From: Anolis carolinensis
Lineage: Eukaryota
Direction: 5' to 3'
DNA length: 64,000 bases
Assembly (NCBI RefSeq): GCF_035594765.1
Contig: NC_085843.1
Span: 264,407,971 to 264,471,970, forward strand
How positions within the stretch are numbered: the stretch's first letter is position 1; the number at the start of each line of letters is the position of its first letter. The position numbers and the translations under genes were made by a program. Below, piece by piece: positions 63,301 to 64,000 of this stretch. The notes below the pieces were generated by a model. The model had not been told where the DNA came from. It searched no databases and saw only the letters and a list, made by a program, of their open reading frames with translations.

Positions 63301-64000
63301 ATAAACGTGTCTAGAATGTTCCCATTTCCACTGCTCAGGTAAAATTGAACAGGCAGACAGATCTGCTGTCACATGTGTAATGAGGATAAGAAAATATTAC
63401 CTTTTTCTTCAGTAGCAAAGTGTCTCTGAGTGGCCCTGAAATTGACCCTGTACTCCGATTCTGCTTCTCTTCCATGTACGAAGTTTGCCTGAAGGTGGAA
63501 TACTAAAGTAGACCTAAACATGTCGTACCATCACTGGTTTGTGATGTCAGTGTGGCATGTATCCCCTTAAGGTTTTTTTTTTTAGGCTTTCGAAAATGGG
63601 GGACCCTATGCCCCTATTTTTTGGAAAAATAAGTCACAGATTTTTAAAAGGAAAAATGCTATGACTAGCTCAAAATTTTAATGCCCAAGTGAGGGCATTA
63701 AACCAGGAAGTAAAGCAGAAGAGGACTGAGATCTAACAGGTGGTAAATATGGGCCCCTAGCCTGTTGCTAAAACTAAAGATTTTTTTCTCTCTCTCTGGC
63801 TGGATCAACACTACCATATAATGCAGTTTCAGAATGCAGATTAACTTCAGTGAACGAAATTATATTGAGGCCAGAAATTTGAAGCTTTTCTAAGTACCAT
63901 GGATACCAAGGGACAACTGTCAAGCTTTACTAACCACTGATTATAATTCATACAGCAACGGGTGCTCAAAGGGTGTAAAAGCATAATCGTAAGCAGGCAT

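Overview
AT-rich vertebrate nuclear DNA, almost certainly squamate (Anolis-like), judged from Sauria SINEs with (ACCTTT)n tails and lizard-type CR1, L2, RTE, R4/Dong, L1, Penelope and MITE families. I recognise no host protein-coding gene, so the window looks intronic or intergenic, and nearly all short ORFs in the track are spurious or TE fragments. The only long intact reading frame is a Neptune-type Penelope-like retroelement (PLE) on the minus strand (RT + Cys-rich linker + GIY-YIG, 47565-49811). Its conserved N-terminus has no ATG and overlaps a 5'-truncated upstream ORF in the -1 frame at an A_AAA_AAG heptamer. Its 3' region carries a candidate intron and a hammerhead-like core. Two young-looking composite non-autonomous hAT elements (1699-4091 and 34398-36273; TAGGCT...AGCCTA ends, perfect 8-bp TSDs) share a ~460-bp left arm but have different right arms and cargo. 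One carries what looks like a captured CpG-island promoter plus first exon. Poseidon-type Penelope terminal fragments with minimal hammerhead ribozyme cores lie at ~4.3 kb and ~40.3 kb. There is a 146-N gap at 36948-37093. All family names come from motif recognition, not database searches.
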